DNA from: Scyliorhinus canicula
Taxonomy: Eukaryota
DNA: 64,000 nt
Direction: 5' to 3'
Assembly (NCBI RefSeq): GCF_902713615.1
Contig: NC_052157.1
Location: 61,468,146-61,532,145, forward strand
Made by a program: the position numbers and the translations under genes. Under the pieces are notes generated by a model. It saw only the letters and a list, made by a program, of their open reading frames with translations, was not told the origin of the DNA and did no database searches. This document shows positions 63,173 through 64,000 of the stretch, in pieces. The first letter of the stretch is position 1. Every line of letters begins with the position of its first letter.

Positions 63173-64000
63173 CGGTGTTCGGGCTCCCCCACTTGGGTCT
63201 GTGACACCCCCTGGGACTGATCCGGAAGACCGGTGGTCACAGCAAAAATTAGAGGGAAGCCCATCGAATTACTTTGGGACACAGGAGGGTCCCGCACTAC
63301 CATTAATTCCTCCACTACACCACAAGCAGACACGTGGCCCACTACAGCTTCAATTACACTCAGCGGATTTACAGGTCACTCACAGCAGGGACACATTACA
63401 GCCCCTGTATCAATTCAGCTAGGGAACATCTCCACCAGACACCCCGTGGTGTTAGTTAATCTGCCCCGCACAGCAAAACACATACTGGGTATTGACTTCA
63501 TGAATGCCCACGGCCTGTCGTTCGATCCAGTAAATCAGTGTGTCTGGCGAATGGCAAAATCTGACAGAGCACCCGCAACTCTCACAGTAGGAGAGTACGC
63601 AAATAGGATTAGCGCTGTAGGCGACTATTGTTTTGACCCAACCACAGTTAGCACGGAAAAATAGGTTAGGGCAGTTTTGAACAGACACAGGACAGCATTT
63701 GCCAGTCACCGGCACGACTGCGGCAGAATGACTGGACAAGTTCAAGTTACTGGACCTGACCCGAGACCACAGAGACAGTACCGATTTCCCCTAGAAGCAG
63801 AGGGAGAAATTGGAAAGGTTATAGAGAGCTTATTAGAGCAGGGTGTACTTAGGACAGTAGCCTCAACTAATAATGCACCTATTTGGCCAGCGAGGAAGCC
63901 TGACGGATCATGGCGTCTGACCATAGATTATCGGGAACTCAACAAAGTAACCCCAGCAGTAGCCCCCACGGTAGCAACAAGTCCCGAGACCATGCTCAAA
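63173..64000 (+). pseudogene. pol: Retrovirus-like protease and RT N-terminus, same frame as gag, runs off the window
   Basis: LLWDTGG, ILGIDF; QRQYRFP..LLEQGVL..STNNAPIWPARKPDGSWRLTIDYRELNK; stops at 63218 and 63662. Confidence 0.88.

Noticed and set aside
52310-64000. Leader (signal peptide) exon of the Siglec gene
   Set aside because: No ATG-led hydrophobic exon with a phase-1 donor was found on the minus strand; it probably lies outside the window or was lost.

Overview
This is vertebrate genomic DNA, and the repeat families suggest a cartilaginous fish, probably a catshark-like shark (inference). Most of the window is nested, decayed transposable elements: CR1, L2, L1/Tx1-like, Rex1/Babar-like and Vingi-like LINEs, V-SINEs, a DeuSINE, Gypsy LTR elements, Harbinger-type MITEs, a ~35-bp minisatellite, and a retrovirus-like provirus whose 5' half runs off the right edge. 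On the minus strand are exons of a Siglec-family (MAG/CD22/sialoadhesin-like) Ig gene: two tandem, ~90% identical V-set exons that both keep the sialic-acid-binding Arg, then three C2-set exons. The second C2 exon is split by a Rex1-like insertion and has lost its AG acceptor. The third has had its splice donor replaced by a CR1 tail that supplies an immediate stop. No leader, TM or cytoplasmic exon is visible in the window. The best leads are: (1) an in-frame T-TTA-AAC slippery heptamer directly before the ORF1 stop in two diverged CR1 copies whose ORF2 lacks an ATG ahead of the endonuclease motifs (candidate -1 frameshift); (2) the duplicated V-exon Siglec architecture and possible TE-created soluble form; (3) a tRNA-Arg-primed provirus with a spuma-like RT, a coiled-coil/CCHC Gag and a TGA-CGG gag/pro junction. 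TE boundaries were read by eye and are approximate unless a TSD or splice site is quoted.
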